A program made the position numbers and the translations under genes. Below the pieces are notes generated by a model. It saw only the letters and a list, made by a program, of their open reading frames with translations, made no database searches and had not been told where the DNA came from. A stretch of 56,687 bases of DNA from Opitutia bacterium UBA5964. GTDB lineage: Bacteria; Verrucomicrobiota; Verrucomicrobiia; Opitutales; Coraliomargaritaceae. The DNA is taken from positions 37,691-94,377 of the forward strand of contig DJBY01000111.1 in the NCBI GenBank assembly GCA_002430605.1, written 5' to 3'. Positions 27,768 to 37,449 of the stretch are shown here, one piece after another (the first letter of the stretch is position 1; each line of letters starts with the position of its first letter).

Positions 27768-27872
27768 TTCGGATCCTGGCATAAAGCCAGTCGCTACGGA
27801 TATTTGCCGTGCTTCGGGATTGTCCCAATTCCATTGCATCATTCGAGTTCCCCGCTTTGGTGCTGGGTTTTG

Positions 27873-27937
27873 TAAAGGAGTGAGGGCGACCCGCCCTCAT
27901 CGTTGGTGGACGTAGACGTGTCGCCGACACTCCTTTA
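27873..27937. repeat. Degenerate GGAG-type REP pair
   Basis: TAAAGGAGTG / CACTCCTTTA terminal inverted repeat enclosing hairpins TGAGGGCG-ACC-CGCCCTCA and GTGTCG-C-CGACAC. Confidence 0.6.
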
Positions 27938-28032
27938 ACTGTTCATTGCAGCGAAGTGGGTCGTTTTTATCCGCAGATATATCACTGGTTTTCGAATAAT
28001 TGACGAAGTGTCTAGGAAAACGACAAATTCCT

Positions 28033-28062
28033 GGAACTTCTTTTCCGGAGACGGTACTACAC
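28033..28062 (+). promoter_or_regulatory. Candidate ECF (sigmaE-like) promoter
   Basis: GGAACTT at 28033-28039 (classic ECF -35) followed ~15-17 nt later by GTACTACAC, directly upstream of the candidate sRNA. Confidence 0.45.
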
Positions 28063-28063
28063 A

Positions 28064-28160
28064 GGGCGTCATGCAGTGCATGGCTTTTTCATATGTTAGT
28101 TAGGGGTAACTAGTAAGGTAAAAAACAAACTCCCCACCTCTCTTTGAGGGGTGGGGTTTA
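28064..28160 (+). ncRNA. Candidate small regulatory RNA (~95 nt)
   Basis: No ORF; 5' hairpin GTCATGC-AGT-GCATGGC (28068-28084), single-stranded TTTTTCATATG core, 11-bp 3' hairpin CCCCACCTCTC-TTT-GAGGGGTGGGG-TTT. G-U pairs favour the + strand. Confidence 0.5.
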
Positions 28161-28266
28161 ATGTGTCTGGGCTTGAGATCCTTGTCGTCGCACGGTGTCC
28201 TCCGAAGCTCGAAGGAAAGCAACGCCGCAGCGGGGCGGCGCGGATTCACGCGACCCAATTGCCTCA

Positions 28267-28368
28267 TTATTGACCTTTCTTCTTTAGGCGTTTAGCCTCT
28301 TTTTTTTCCTTAGCGGTTTTTTGTGGAGCCTTTTTGGGCTGACTTTTAGAGTCGAGTGATTTAGCCAT
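28267..28368 (-). CDS. Small Lys-rich basic protein (33 aa)
   Basis: MAKSLDSKSQPKKAPQKTAKEKKEAKRLKKKGQ, preceded by the AC-rich leader CAACCGACAAACTATT; the longer 81-aa track ORF start is unlikely. Confidence 0.65.
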   Translation of the reverse strand: MAKSLDSKSQPKKAPQKTAKEKKEAKRLKKKGQ

Positions 28369-28510
28369 AATAGTTTGTCGGTTGATTCCCATTGATTTGG
28401 GAAGGAGCGTGAAGATTAGTCGATTGGTATCCCAGGGCAATCCCAGGCTTTCGGCAAATACGCAACGCAGAATGAGCTGAGAATTGAGCGCTGAGGCTCG
28501 GTGAACAAGC

Positions 28511-28536
28511 AAAAAAAGCGCCCCAAATGGAGCGCC
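28511..28536 (-). terminator. Rho-independent terminator of the small lipoprotein gene
   Basis: Minus strand GGCGCTCC-ATTT-GGGGCGC followed by U7. Confidence 0.8.
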
Positions 28537-28561
28537 TGTAGATAAATCGTGTTAAGATTTT

Positions 28562-28726
28562 TTAGTCTGTGATGCCTTTGATTGCGTCAGCAGCTTTGTC
28601 GCCTGCTTCTTCAGTCGCATCCGCTGCTTTGTCAGCATCGCTTTTTTCGCCACAACCGGTGAGGAAGCTAGCACCTGCAAGTGCGATGACGGAGAGGAAG
28701 ATTAGAGTGATCTTTTTGAGTTCCAT
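28562..28726 (-). CDS. Small lipoprotein (54 aa), not in the ORF track
   Basis: Manually translated: MELKKITLIFLSVIALAGASFLTG-CGEKSDADKAADATEEAGDKAADAIKGITD; lipobox LTGC, with its own promoter and terminator. Confidence 0.85.
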   Translation of the reverse strand: MELKKITLIFLSVIALAGASFLTGCGEKSDADKAADATEEAGDKAADAIKGITD

Positions 28727-28792
28727 AATAATATGTATATACGTGGATTATTGATAATTCCGACCTGAATTGGTCGAAATGATGAGAATATT

Positions 28793-28821
28793 AATATATA
28801 TCGAGTCTGCGACGCTGTCAA
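28793..28821 (-). promoter_or_regulatory. Sigma70-type promoter of the small lipoprotein gene
   Basis: Minus strand TTGACA-N17-TATATT. Confidence 0.65.
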
Positions 28822-28943
28822 TTTTTTACGTTAGGATAAGTTAGTTTCTAAATAATAGTTAACTACATCTATTAGAGTGACTTATGTATTTTTGGCGTTT
28901 ACGGAGTTGACGAAACTGCGATCTACACACACGCAATAACGAT

Positions 28944-30005
28944 ATGAGTATTTCGTTGGAAGGTTTGCGCTATGAGGCGCTAGAGGCGCAACTTGCAGAA
29001 TCAGGAGTCAACCCTGTGCATGCGAAGCCGCTGTTTAGTGCCGTGCAACGTCGCCTGCTTCGAAATGATTTAGAATTAGCGGAAGGCATCCTACCACCGC
29101 TTCAGCGTTGGTTGGCGAGTGAGCAAGCGGTCAAGCCCTGTGCAATGGAACTAGTTGATGATACGGCCAGTTCGGACGGATTGACTCGGAAGTATCTTCT
29201 GCGTCTGCACGATGGCACCGAAGTCGAGTCCGTACAGATGGGCTTCCCAGGGCGCTATACCGCATGCCTGAGCAGTCAGGTCGGTTGTGCGATGGGCTGT
29301 GTCTTTTGTGCCACAGGGCAGATGGGCTTTTCGCGTCATTTATCTTCTGGCGAGATCGTGGCACAGGCGCATCATGTCGAGCGCGAGTTACGTCGCACGC
29401 AAGGGGATACGCTGCGTAACATTGTGATGATGGGGATGGGCGAACCGTTGCATAACTTTGAGCCAACGATGGAGGCGCTGGATATCATCACCGATGATCG
29501 CGGTCTAAATATCGGTCCCGCACGTGTAGCGATTAGCACGGTTGGTTATATTCCCGGCATTCAGAAACTTACCCGGCATCCGAAGCGCTATTCATTGGCG
29601 GTGAGCTTGCATGGCGCCAGTGATGAAGAGCGAGGCAAATTGATTCCGATTAATAAGCGCTGGCCACTGGCTGAATTACTGGAGGCCTGCCGTGAATATT
29701 CGGCGATTAAGCGCGCCCGTGTTTTCTTTGCCTGGACCTTGATCGGCGGGGTGAACGATAGCGACGATCACGCGTATCGACTAGCGGCGCTCTTGAAGGG
29801 AATGGATGCGCACGTGAATCTAATTCCGCTCAATCCAACCGAAGGCTTCGACGGCACCATGCCGACCGAAGAACGCTCACGAGCGTTTCAACTAATTATT
29901 CAAGATGCCGGTATCCCCAGCACCATTCGCCAGCGGCGTGGGATTGATGTGTCGGCGGGCTGTGGACAGTTGAAGGCGAAACGAATCAAGTGCGTGCGTC
30001 CCTGA
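28944..30005 (+). CDS. rlmN: RlmN-family radical SAM RNA methyltransferase
   Basis: CLSSQVGCAMGCVFCATG (CxxxCxxC), MGMGEPLHN, SLHG, NLIPLN, GIDVSAGCGQL. Confidence 0.88.
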   Translation: MSISLEGLRYEALEAQLAESGVNPVHAKPLFSAVQRRLLRNDLELAEGILPPLQRWLASEQAVKPCAMELVDDTASSDGLTRKYLLRLHDGTEVESVQMGFPGRYTACLSSQVGCAMGCVFCATGQMGFSRHLSSGEIVAQAHHVERELRRTQGDTLRNIVMMGMGEPLHNFEPTMEALDIITDDRGLNIGPARVAISTVGYIPGIQKLTRHPKRYSLAVSLHGASDEERGKLIPINKRWPLAELLEACREYSAIKRARVFFAWTLIGGVNDSDDHAYRLAALLKGMDAHVNLIPLNPTEGFDGTMPTEERSRAFQLIIQDAGIPSTIRQRRGIDVSAGCGQLKAKRIKCVRP

Positions 30006-30022
30006 TCTCCAGAGAGGTTGGC

Positions 30023-31084
30023 CTACCCCTTGCGGCGTGCTTGCACGGCCTGCGCTAAGGTTTCGAGAATGTCCACTGTAGTTGGCATCTCGATACATTC
30101 GTCGGTGATGCTTTGGCCGTAAACGTTGTTGCCGTCTGGATCGTAGTTTTGGCGGCCTGCGACGAGGTTGCTTTCCAGCATGACGCCGGCGATGCCTTGT
30201 TGGCCTGCAGCGATTTGCTGCGCGAGGTCTTGGGCGACGACGGTCTGGCGGGTGTAGTCTTTGTTGCTGTTGCCGTGGCTGCAATCGACGATCAGCTTTT
30301 GTGGCAAGTTGACCGCTGCGAGTCTTTCGAGGATTGGCTCGATGTCTTTGGCTTCGTAGTTCGGGCCCGTGCGATTGCCGCCACGTAGAATTACGTGTGC
30401 CGATGGGTTACCGGTTGTTTGGAAGATTGCAGTCACGCCTTGCTTGGTGACTGACGGAAACCAGTGTGGTTGAGCCGCAGAGCGCACGGCATCAATCGCG
30501 ATTTGCACGTTACCACTGGTGCCGTTTTTGAAACCGACTGGCATGGAGAGGCCAGAGGCGAGTTCGCGGTGGACTTGGCTCTCGGTGGTGCGTGCACCGA
30601 TGGCGGACCATGCGATGGCATCCGCAATAAATTGTGGAATGATGGTGTCTAGGAATTCGGCACCAGTCGGGAGCCCGAGTTCGCAAATGTCGATCAGTAG
30701 TTTGCGGCCGATACGTAGACCAGAGTTAATCTCAAAACTTCCGTCAATGCTGGGGTCATTAATGAGCCCCTTCCAGCCAACCACGGTGCGTGGCTTTTCA
30801 AAATATACACGCATGATCACCTGCAGGTCTGCTTTATACTTTTCAGCAAGTGGAAGCAGTTGCTCGGCATATTCGATTGCCGCCTTGGTGTCGTGAATCG
30901 AGCAGGGGCCGACGATGACGATCAGGCGATCGTCTGTGCCATTGAGGATGGCTTCGCTCTCCGCGCGTCCATTCTCGACTACAGTCGTTGCTTTTACGGT
31001 GAGCGGAATTTCCTCAATCAGTATTGCTGGTGGCAGGAGTGGGCGGTTGCGGGCGATGCGGCGGTTGTCGTGTAATGTGGACAT
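30023..31084 (-). CDS. aroG: 3-deoxy-7-phosphoheptulonate (DAHP) synthase, class I (AroF/G/H)
   Basis: GPCSIHD, RVYFEKPRTVVGWKGLINDP, IGARTTESQVHR, DCSHGNS, YGQSITDEC. Confidence 0.95.
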   Translation of the reverse strand: MSTLHDNRRIARNRPLLPPAILIEEIPLTVKATTVVENGRAESEAILNGTDDRLIVIVGPCSIHDTKAAIEYAEQLLPLAEKYKADLQVIMRVYFEKPRTVVGWKGLINDPSIDGSFEINSGLRIGRKLLIDICELGLPTGAEFLDTIIPQFIADAIAWSAIGARTTESQVHRELASGLSMPVGFKNGTSGNVQIAIDAVRSAAQPHWFPSVTKQGVTAIFQTTGNPSAHVILRGGNRTGPNYEAKDIEPILERLAAVNLPQKLIVDCSHGNSNKDYTRQTVVAQDLAQQIAAGQQGIAGVMLESNLVAGRQNYDPDGNNVYGQSITDECIEMPTTVDILETLAQAVQARRKG

Positions 31085-31143
31085 GTGTCAGTGAGATAAT
31101 TGAGTGCTAAAAATCAGACTTGAGAGAAATGTTTAACTAAAGA

Positions 31144-31710
31144 TTAAATCTTTTGGTATTCGGGTTTCAGGACACCAATACAAGGGAGTTGGCGGTAACG
31201 CTCGGCGAAGTCGAGGCCATAGCCGACGACGAATTCGTTGGGAATTTGGAAACCCACGAAATCTGCTTCGAATTCAACTGCGCGGCGGGCCTTCTTGTCG
31301 AGTAGCACACAGGTCTTGAGGCTGGCTGGATTCATGCTTTGCAGCACTTTGGACACTGCGGCGAGTGTGTTGCCGGTGTCGAGAATGTCGTCTATCAGTA
31401 GCACATCGGCCCCTGCAATGTTGAGGCGAATGCGGTCGATGATTTCTGGCGCTTGTTCGGGCGATGCATTATTGCGATAGCTTGAGATACGAATGCAATC
31501 GAGTCGCAGTGGGATGTTCAGCTGTCGAATGATGTCGGCGACAAAGATCACCGCACCATTGATAATTGCGATGACGGCGATCTCACGCCCCGCATAGGCT
31601 GCATTGATCTCAGCACCAAGCTCTTTTAGGCGCGTGTTGATTTGCTTCTCGGACAGCAGAACGCTGGCGAGATCGTTGAGTTGAGAGGGTGGAGGATTGT
31701 CTATTGGCAT
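31144..31710 (-). CDS. hpt: Hypoxanthine phosphoribosyltransferase
   Basis: [18 protein letters not shown] motif, [13 protein letters not shown]. Confidence 0.95.
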   Translation of the reverse strand: MPIDNPPPSQLNDLASVLLSEKQINTRLKELGAEINAAYAGREIAVIAIINGAVIFVADIIRQLNIPLRLDCIRISSYRNNASPEQAPEIIDRIRLNIAGADVLLIDDILDTGNTLAAVSKVLQSMNPASLKTCVLLDKKARRAVEFEADFVGFQIPNEFVVGYGLDFAERYRQLPCIGVLKPEYQKI

Positions 31711-31745
31711 GGCGTGTTTGGCGTGGTGCTAAAACCCGTGTGCAA

Positions 31746-33104
31746 TTACATTCCGGGAAGGCCGGGCATGCCACCGCCTTCTCCCATTTGTGCCTTCATG
31801 GCTTTCATCATCTTACGGCCTTTGCCGCCGTTCATCATTTTCATCATCTTTTGCATCTGCCCGAATTGCTTGAGCAGTGCGTTGACGTCGCGTACTTGAA
31901 CACCAGAGCCATCGGCGATGCGCTTGAGGCGATTGCCACGAAGGATACGTGGGTGGCGGCGCTCTTTAAGAGTCATCGAGAGAATGATGGCTTCGGTGCG
32001 GGCCATTTTCTTTTCCTCTTCGTCGCCGACTTGGATGCCGCTGGCGCCGGGAAGCATGGCGACGATGGATCCGAGTGAGCCCATCTTTTTGACCTGCTGC
32101 ATTTGCGAGAGGAAGTCTTCGAGGTTGAAGTCGGCCTTGCGCATTTTCTCTGCGAGTCGCTCGGCTTCTTTCTCATCGATATTCTCCTGCGCCCGCTCCA
32201 CTAGGGAGACGACGTCACCCATGCCTAAGATCCGGGAGGCGAGGCGATCTGGGTGGAAGACTTCAAATTCGTCTGGCTTTTCGCCAAGTCCCATGAATTT
32301 GATCGGCAGTTCGGTGATCGACTTCATCGAGAGTGCCGCGCCGCCGCGGGCATCACCATCGAGCTTTGTCAGGATAATACCTGTGCAGCCGACTGCTTCG
32401 TGGAAGTGCTTAGCGACATTGACCGCCTCTTGGCCGAGTGCCGAGTCGGCCACGAGTAGGATTTCGTCTGGTTGAACGGCTTTCTTTAGTTGCTTGATCT
32501 CTTCGATTAGATCGGTGTCGATTTGGAGACGACCAGCGGTATCGAAAATAATGAGGTTGGCGTTAGCCGATTTCGCAGCTTCGAGGCCGCGCTTGCCGAT
32601 TTTGATGACGTCTTTCTCTTCGCGATCGCCGTAGAAGATGCAGCCTTCGTTCTTAGCCAGCATCTCGAGCTGATCGATCGCCGCGGGGCGATACACATCA
32701 CAGGCGACGAGGGCGGGACGGTATGCGCGCTTTTTGGCGAGGTAGCGGGCGAGCTTGGCACTGCTAGTGGTCTTCCCGGAGCCATGCAGGCCGACCATCA
32801 TAATGCGCAGCGGTTTCTTGTCTTCGAGGTCAGTGGCCCCTTCGCCGAGGAGCTTTGCCAGCTCGTCGTGGATGATTTTGATGACTTGTTGGCCAGGTGT
32901 GACTGATTTGAGTACTTGCTGACCGACGCATTGCGCCTGAACATTGGCGACAAACTCGCGTGCCACTTTAAAATGAACATCGGCCGAGAGTAGGGCTTTG
33001 CGCACTTCTTTGAGTGCCTCAGCCATGTTGTCTTCGCTGAGTTTGCCAACGCCGCGAAGGTTTCGGAGGGCTGAACCCAGTTTGTCTGTAAGATTTTCGA
33101 GCAT
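31746..33104 (-). CDS. ffh: Signal recognition particle protein
   Basis: [39 protein letters not shown], Met-rich M domain. Confidence 0.97.
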   Translation of the reverse strand: MLENLTDKLGSALRNLRGVGKLSEDNMAEALKEVRKALLSADVHFKVAREFVANVQAQCVGQQVLKSVTPGQQVIKIIHDELAKLLGEGATDLEDKKPLRIMMVGLHGSGKTTSSAKLARYLAKKRAYRPALVACDVYRPAAIDQLEMLAKNEGCIFYGDREEKDVIKIGKRGLEAAKSANANLIIFDTAGRLQIDTDLIEEIKQLKKAVQPDEILLVADSALGQEAVNVAKHFHEAVGCTGIILTKLDGDARGGAALSMKSITELPIKFMGLGEKPDEFEVFHPDRLASRILGMGDVVSLVERAQENIDEKEAERLAEKMRKADFNLEDFLSQMQQVKKMGSLGSIVAMLPGASGIQVGDEEEKKMARTEAIILSMTLKERRHPRILRGNRLKRIADGSGVQVRDVNALLKQFGQMQKMMKMMNGGKGRKMMKAMKAQMGEGGGMPGLPGM

Positions 33105-33351
33105 TTTCGTGTTGAAATTAAGGTGCTGGAGCTAATAGGCACCTACGGTAGAGGCAAAGTAATTCTTCAGTAGATCGGCTTCTGCGGGGCTAATTGTCTC
33201 AGATTATCACGAGTCTCAGTACTCCAGTCATTGAAATACGCTAAACCCAGGTTAAAACCGATGCTTTACATGTAGCCCGCTTCTCGTAGTTTAACCCGCT
33301 TTGGCTCGCTTGACCACCTCTCAGTCACAGAGCCGTATATTTATAAATAGT

Positions 33352-34689
33352 ATGAAGCAACGCACCATTCTCAGAGAAGTTTCGATCAGTGGGAAGTCCT
33401 TGCACACGGGTGAAGAAGTTCAACTGACTTTAAAACCCGCGGCCGTGGGGCACGGCATCGTCTTTCAGCGCATGGATCTTTTTGGAAAGCCAGAGCTGAA
33501 GCCACTGGTCGAATTCGTGACCGATCTAGTGCGTAGCACCACGATTGCCGATGGGCATGCGAAGGTAAATACCGTGGAGCACGTCTTGAGTGCATTGAGC
33601 GGTTGTGGGGTGGACAATGTTCTTGTCGAAATGGATGCCAGTGAGCCGCCGATTCTGGATGGTTCTGCCAAGCATTTTGTGAATTTGATCCAACAGGCCG
33701 AACCAGTTGAGCAGGATGCGGAGCGTGAGTATTTCGTGCTGGATGAGCCGATTTCGGTAACTCGTGGGGCTAGCTCGATCATTGCGCTGCCGCACGATGG
33801 TTTCCGCGTGACGTGTACATCCACAGATGATCGTGGCATTCACACGCAGCACTTGAGCCTCGATATTGATCCTGAATCGTATGTGGCACAGATCGCACCA
33901 GCTCGCACCTTTACTATTTATGAAGACATCGAAGAGCTGCTGAAGCTTGGTAAGATCAAAGGTGGCAGTCTCGACAGTGCGATCGTGATCAAGGGGGACA
34001 AGATTCTCTCTAAGGAACCGCTACGCTTTAAGGAAGAATTCGTCCGTCACAAAATTCTCGATATCGTCGGTGACATCGTGTTGGTCGGCATGCCGATTAA
34101 GGCACACTTCATTGCGGTGCGCCCCGGCCATGCGCTGAATGCGGAACTGTCTAAGGTGCTTCGCCAGAAAATGCTGGAGAAGATCAAGGGTGCAAAGAAA
34201 GCTGCAGCGCCTAAGAAGGCTGCCGTAGTAATGAATGCGCCTGAGACGGTGATGGATATTCGTCGCGTGATGGATCTTTTGCCGCATCGCTATCCTTTCA
34301 TCATGATCGATCGCGTGATTGACGTGGTGAGCGAAGACGAATTGGTGGCATTGAAGAATGTCACGATTAACGAACCGTATTTTCAAGGGCACTACCCAGG
34401 CCGTCCAGTGATGCCTGGTGTCTTGCAAATCGAAGCAATGGCGCAGGCCGCGGGTGTTTTGCTGCTTCGTAAGTTGCCTGTCGAGGAGAACAAAATCGCA
34501 TTCTTCATGAGTGTGGACAAGGTGAAGTTCCGTCAAGCGGTGGAGCCTGGCGACTCAGTCGAGATTCGTGTGAAGCTTGTCAAAATTCGGGGTAACAAGA
34601 TCGCGACTGCGACTGGTGTTTGCACCGTCGGCGGTAAGGTCGTTTCCAGCGCTGAGCTTATGTTCATGCTGGCAGATGTTTCGAAATAA
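33352..34689 (+). CDS. lpxC: Bifunctional LpxC / FabZ
   Basis: LpxC: [31 protein letters not shown]; FabZ: [32 protein letters not shown] 33352. Confidence 0.95.
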   Translation: MKQRTILREVSISGKSLHTGEEVQLTLKPAAVGHGIVFQRMDLFGKPELKPLVEFVTDLVRSTTIADGHAKVNTVEHVLSALSGCGVDNVLVEMDASEPPILDGSAKHFVNLIQQAEPVEQDAEREYFVLDEPISVTRGASSIIALPHDGFRVTCTSTDDRGIHTQHLSLDIDPESYVAQIAPARTFTIYEDIEELLKLGKIKGGSLDSAIVIKGDKILSKEPLRFKEEFVRHKILDIVGDIVLVGMPIKAHFIAVRPGHALNAELSKVLRQKMLEKIKGAKKAAAPKKAAVVMNAPETVMDIRRVMDLLPHRYPFIMIDRVIDVVSEDELVALKNVTINEPYFQGHYPGRPVMPGVLQIEAMAQAAGVLLLRKLPVEENKIAFFMSVDKVKFRQAVEPGDSVEIRVKLVKIRGNKIATATGVCTVGGKVVSSAELMFMLADVSK

Positions 34690-34703
34690 GGGAAACAAAT
34701 CAA

Positions 34704-35480
34704 ATGGCTACAGACGTTCATCCTTCTGCAATTATAGAGCAGGGTGCCGAACTTGACGATGGTGTCAGTGTCGGCGCCTATGCTTATATCGGTGCGCAAG
34801 TCAAAATCGCCAAAGGCACTGTGGTGATGCACCACGCGACAGTCGATGGTGTGACCACGATGGGCGAAAGTAATGAGGTGCACCCGTATGCCTATATCGG
34901 CGGCAAGACTCATGATTTGAAATATCGGGGTGGCGTGCATCGTTTACAGATTGGCGCGCACAATGTCTTTCGCGAGTTTACCACAGTGCACTGTGCCACA
35001 TCGGCCGAGCAACTGACGGTGGTCGGCAATCATAATAACATTTTATCCTACAGTCATATTGCCCACGAATGCGTGGTCGGTGATCATTTGGTGATGAGTA
35101 GCCATGCCGCACTGGGTGGACACGTGATTGTTGATGACTATGCCAATATTGGCTGGGGCGCGGGTATTCATCAGTTCTGTCGAATCGGCACACGCGCGAT
35201 GGTTGGGGCAACTTCGAAGGTCGTGCAAGACGTACCACCGTATGTAATCAGCGATGGTAACCCAGCTGTCGCGCGCACCATTAATAAGGTCGGACTCGAA
35301 CGCGCCGGTTACAGTAAGGAAGATATTTCTTTAGCGCGCCGCATGTTTAAAGCGTTTTTTAAGGACGGCCTGAACCGCAGTCAGGCAGTCGAGTGGTTGC
35401 GCGCCAATGAAGATATTGAGCATCGCGTGGTGAAGACTTTTTTGGACTTTACTGCAGATAGTCAGCGCGGGTTAGGTTGA
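34704..35480 (+). CDS. lpxA: UDP-N-acetylglucosamine acyltransferase
   Basis: Hexapeptide repeats, [42 protein letters not shown]. Confidence 0.96.
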   Translation: MATDVHPSAIIEQGAELDDGVSVGAYAYIGAQVKIAKGTVVMHHATVDGVTTMGESNEVHPYAYIGGKTHDLKYRGGVHRLQIGAHNVFREFTTVHCATSAEQLTVVGNHNNILSYSHIAHECVVGDHLVMSSHAALGGHVIVDDYANIGWGAGIHQFCRIGTRAMVGATSKVVQDVPPYVISDGNPAVARTINKVGLERAGYSKEDISLARRMFKAFFKDGLNRSQAVEWLRANEDIEHRVVKTFLDFTADSQRGLG

Positions 35481-35615
35481 GATTTTTCCAGGCAGACTCG
35501 TCTCGATTTCAGCTAGTATTCTGTATCGTTGCTAATCCTCGCACGAGTTGATGCGCTCTGCGTCTAGTATCTATATCCGATGGGGGAGTGTCTGGTAGGG
35601 CTGAGAGTGCAGTGC

Positions 35616-35649
35616 AAAAAAAAACTTCGTCCCACGAAGTAGGACGAAG
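35616..35649 (-). terminator. Rho-independent terminator
   Basis: Minus strand CTTCGTCCTAC-TTC-GTGGGACGAAG followed by U9, downstream of the PpiD-like gene. Confidence 0.8.
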
Positions 35650-35674
35650 CTGATGTAAGAAGGGTGCTATTGGC

Positions 35675-37345
35675 TTACTGCTCGTCGAGTACTTCGGCGG
35701 CGGCGTCTTCGCTGATGCCACGGGCGACTAACTCGTTAACGAGTGCATTGGAGCTGACGTAGGATGCGTAGCGTTGCAGGAAGCTGCGTGCTTGAACTAG
35801 TTTTTCGTCGTCCGATGAGATTTCTGGAACGCTCTTCTCTTCGACATAGACGAAGGTGCCGATGGGGCCGCTGGTTAGCATGGGGGAGATTTCTCCGGCT
35901 TGCATACTTTGTGCTTTTTGTAGGGCAGCTTGATTGAAGGTGCGCGGTGCCTCACCAATTTTGAAGGCTTCGTTCTCGGTGGCTTTGAGGCCAAGTGCTT
36001 CAGCAGCTTCGACGAAGGTGCTGCCTTCGGCGATTTTGGCTTTGAGCTCGGTTTCTAAGCGCTCGCCATTTTCGTTGAAGAGACGGCGTTTTTCTTCGGT
36101 AATATAATCGGCAGTGACAACTGCGGCGACTGTTTCGAAAGCTGGGATTTCTGGTGCGATGCGACCTGTGTAGATCAGCACGCCAAAGCCACCGTCAATC
36201 GCATAGGCGTCTGAGAAGTAGCGGTTTTTGGAAAGTGCGAACGCGGATTCGAGCATCTCGGTCGATAGTGCGCGACGAGCGGCACCTTCCGCGGTGTAAG
36301 CCGCGATCTCTGTGAGTGTCAGGCCAGACTCGTTGAGCAGCTTGTTGAAGGCGGCGGAGTCTTGCTCAATATTGTCACGGTAAAGTGCGTAGGCGAAGTT
36401 CTGTGCTGCTTCGTTGGCCAAGCGCTGCGCAGCTTCAGTTACGAGGTCGGCCGCGACCGCATCGCGCACATTCTCAAAGCTGACGGCAGGCGTCTCTGCA
36501 GCGGCGTCTTCAGCTTTCGGCTGAGCGGCCTCGTAGGCTGCGATGAAGCGAGCGCGGTTAGCGATAAAGTGTGGGCGTAGATCAGACTCTTCAGCTGCGA
36601 CGACTTGGTCGACATAGTTGGCTGCAGAAAAGATGATGTAGCTGGCTTGGATACGCTCGGCAATTTGGTAGCGGCTGTTGTTGGCGGTGTAGTATGCAGT
36701 CAGCGCTTCCTCAGTAGGTGTGAATTCTGGAGTGAATGCAGCAAAGCTGATCTCGGCAGTCGTCAGTTTAAGGGATGTTTCATTGCGCTGTGTTTGTGCC
36801 AGTGCTTCGGAGGGCAGAAGGTAGCCTGGGCCGGAGAGGGCGCTGCCGATTTGATCGATACGATAGTCTTCTTCGAGGACGACAGCGAAAAGACCTTGCG
36901 GCATGCGCGGGTTGGATTCGATGTTGTCTACAAAGCTAGTGTAGGCATCGCGGCTAAACTGATCATCAGCGCCACGGAAGGCAGCTTTGGTCATAATGTA
37001 GCCTTCAAGTGTCTTCTGGTCGGGGGCTGGCACGCCGATCTCTTCTGCTAAGTACAGTAGAGCGATACGGCTGGTGAGCTGCGACTGAAACTGTTGTTCG
37101 TTCTGGATTGGACGACCAGTGTTGAGGATCGCACTCAGCGAAACTTTTTCACCGATAATGCCCATTTGGTGAGGCGAATTGAGGTCGTAGCCATAGAAGT
37201 TTTGCTCGCGGTAAGCGCTTTGGTCGGACGTGCAGCCCGGCGTATTACCAATCGTGAAAACGAAGGCGACGATAATGACCGACAAAAGAGTGAGGAATAT
37301 CCAGCGGCCGTGGCGGATGAGGTGGTTTTGGATCCAAGAAATCAT
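35675..37345 (-). CDS. Membrane-anchored periplasmic chaperone, PpiD/SurA N-terminal domain family
   Basis: MISWIQ..single N-terminal TM (LLSVIIVAFVFTIG), AAF..DDQFSRDAY, YY.AN..RYQ.AER..ASYI patterns like PpiD. Confidence 0.7.
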   Translation of the reverse strand: MISWIQNHLIRHGRWIFLTLLSVIIVAFVFTIGNTPGCTSDQSAYREQNFYGYDLNSPHQMGIIGEKVSLSAILNTGRPIQNEQQFQSQLTSRIALLYLAEEIGVPAPDQKTLEGYIMTKAAFRGADDQFSRDAYTSFVDNIESNPRMPQGLFAVVLEEDYRIDQIGSALSGPGYLLPSEALAQTQRNETSLKLTTAEISFAAFTPEFTPTEEALTAYYTANNSRYQIAERIQASYIIFSAANYVDQVVAAEESDLRPHFIANRARFIAAYEAAQPKAEDAAAETPAVSFENVRDAVAADLVTEAAQRLANEAAQNFAYALYRDNIEQDSAAFNKLLNESGLTLTEIAAYTAEGAARRALSTEMLESAFALSKNRYFSDAYAIDGGFGVLIYTGRIAPEIPAFETVAAVVTADYITEEKRRLFNENGERLETELKAKIAEGSTFVEAAEALGLKATENEAFKIGEAPRTFNQAALQKAQSMQAGEISPMLTSGPIGTFVYVEEKSVPEISSDDEKLVQARSFLQRYASYVSSNALVNELVARGISEDAAAEVLDEQ

Positions 37346-37449
37346 GACAAATGAAGTAAGAAAATGGGGAGGTTAGATGCAGGTTATGACCTGTCAATCC
37401 CTTGCTTACATGTATGTCAACTGATTCGTGACAGATTGGATTTGTGTGA

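Noticed and set aside
28070-28093. Minus-strand mini-ORF MKKPCTA as a leader peptide
   Set aside because: No downstream minus-strand gene for it to regulate, and the promoter motif and G-U pairs favour a + strand RNA. Retained only as an alternative.
28944-30005. Cfr-type antibiotic resistance methyltransferase
   Set aside because: SSQVGC and MGMGEPL match RlmN rather than Cfr, and there is no mobile context.
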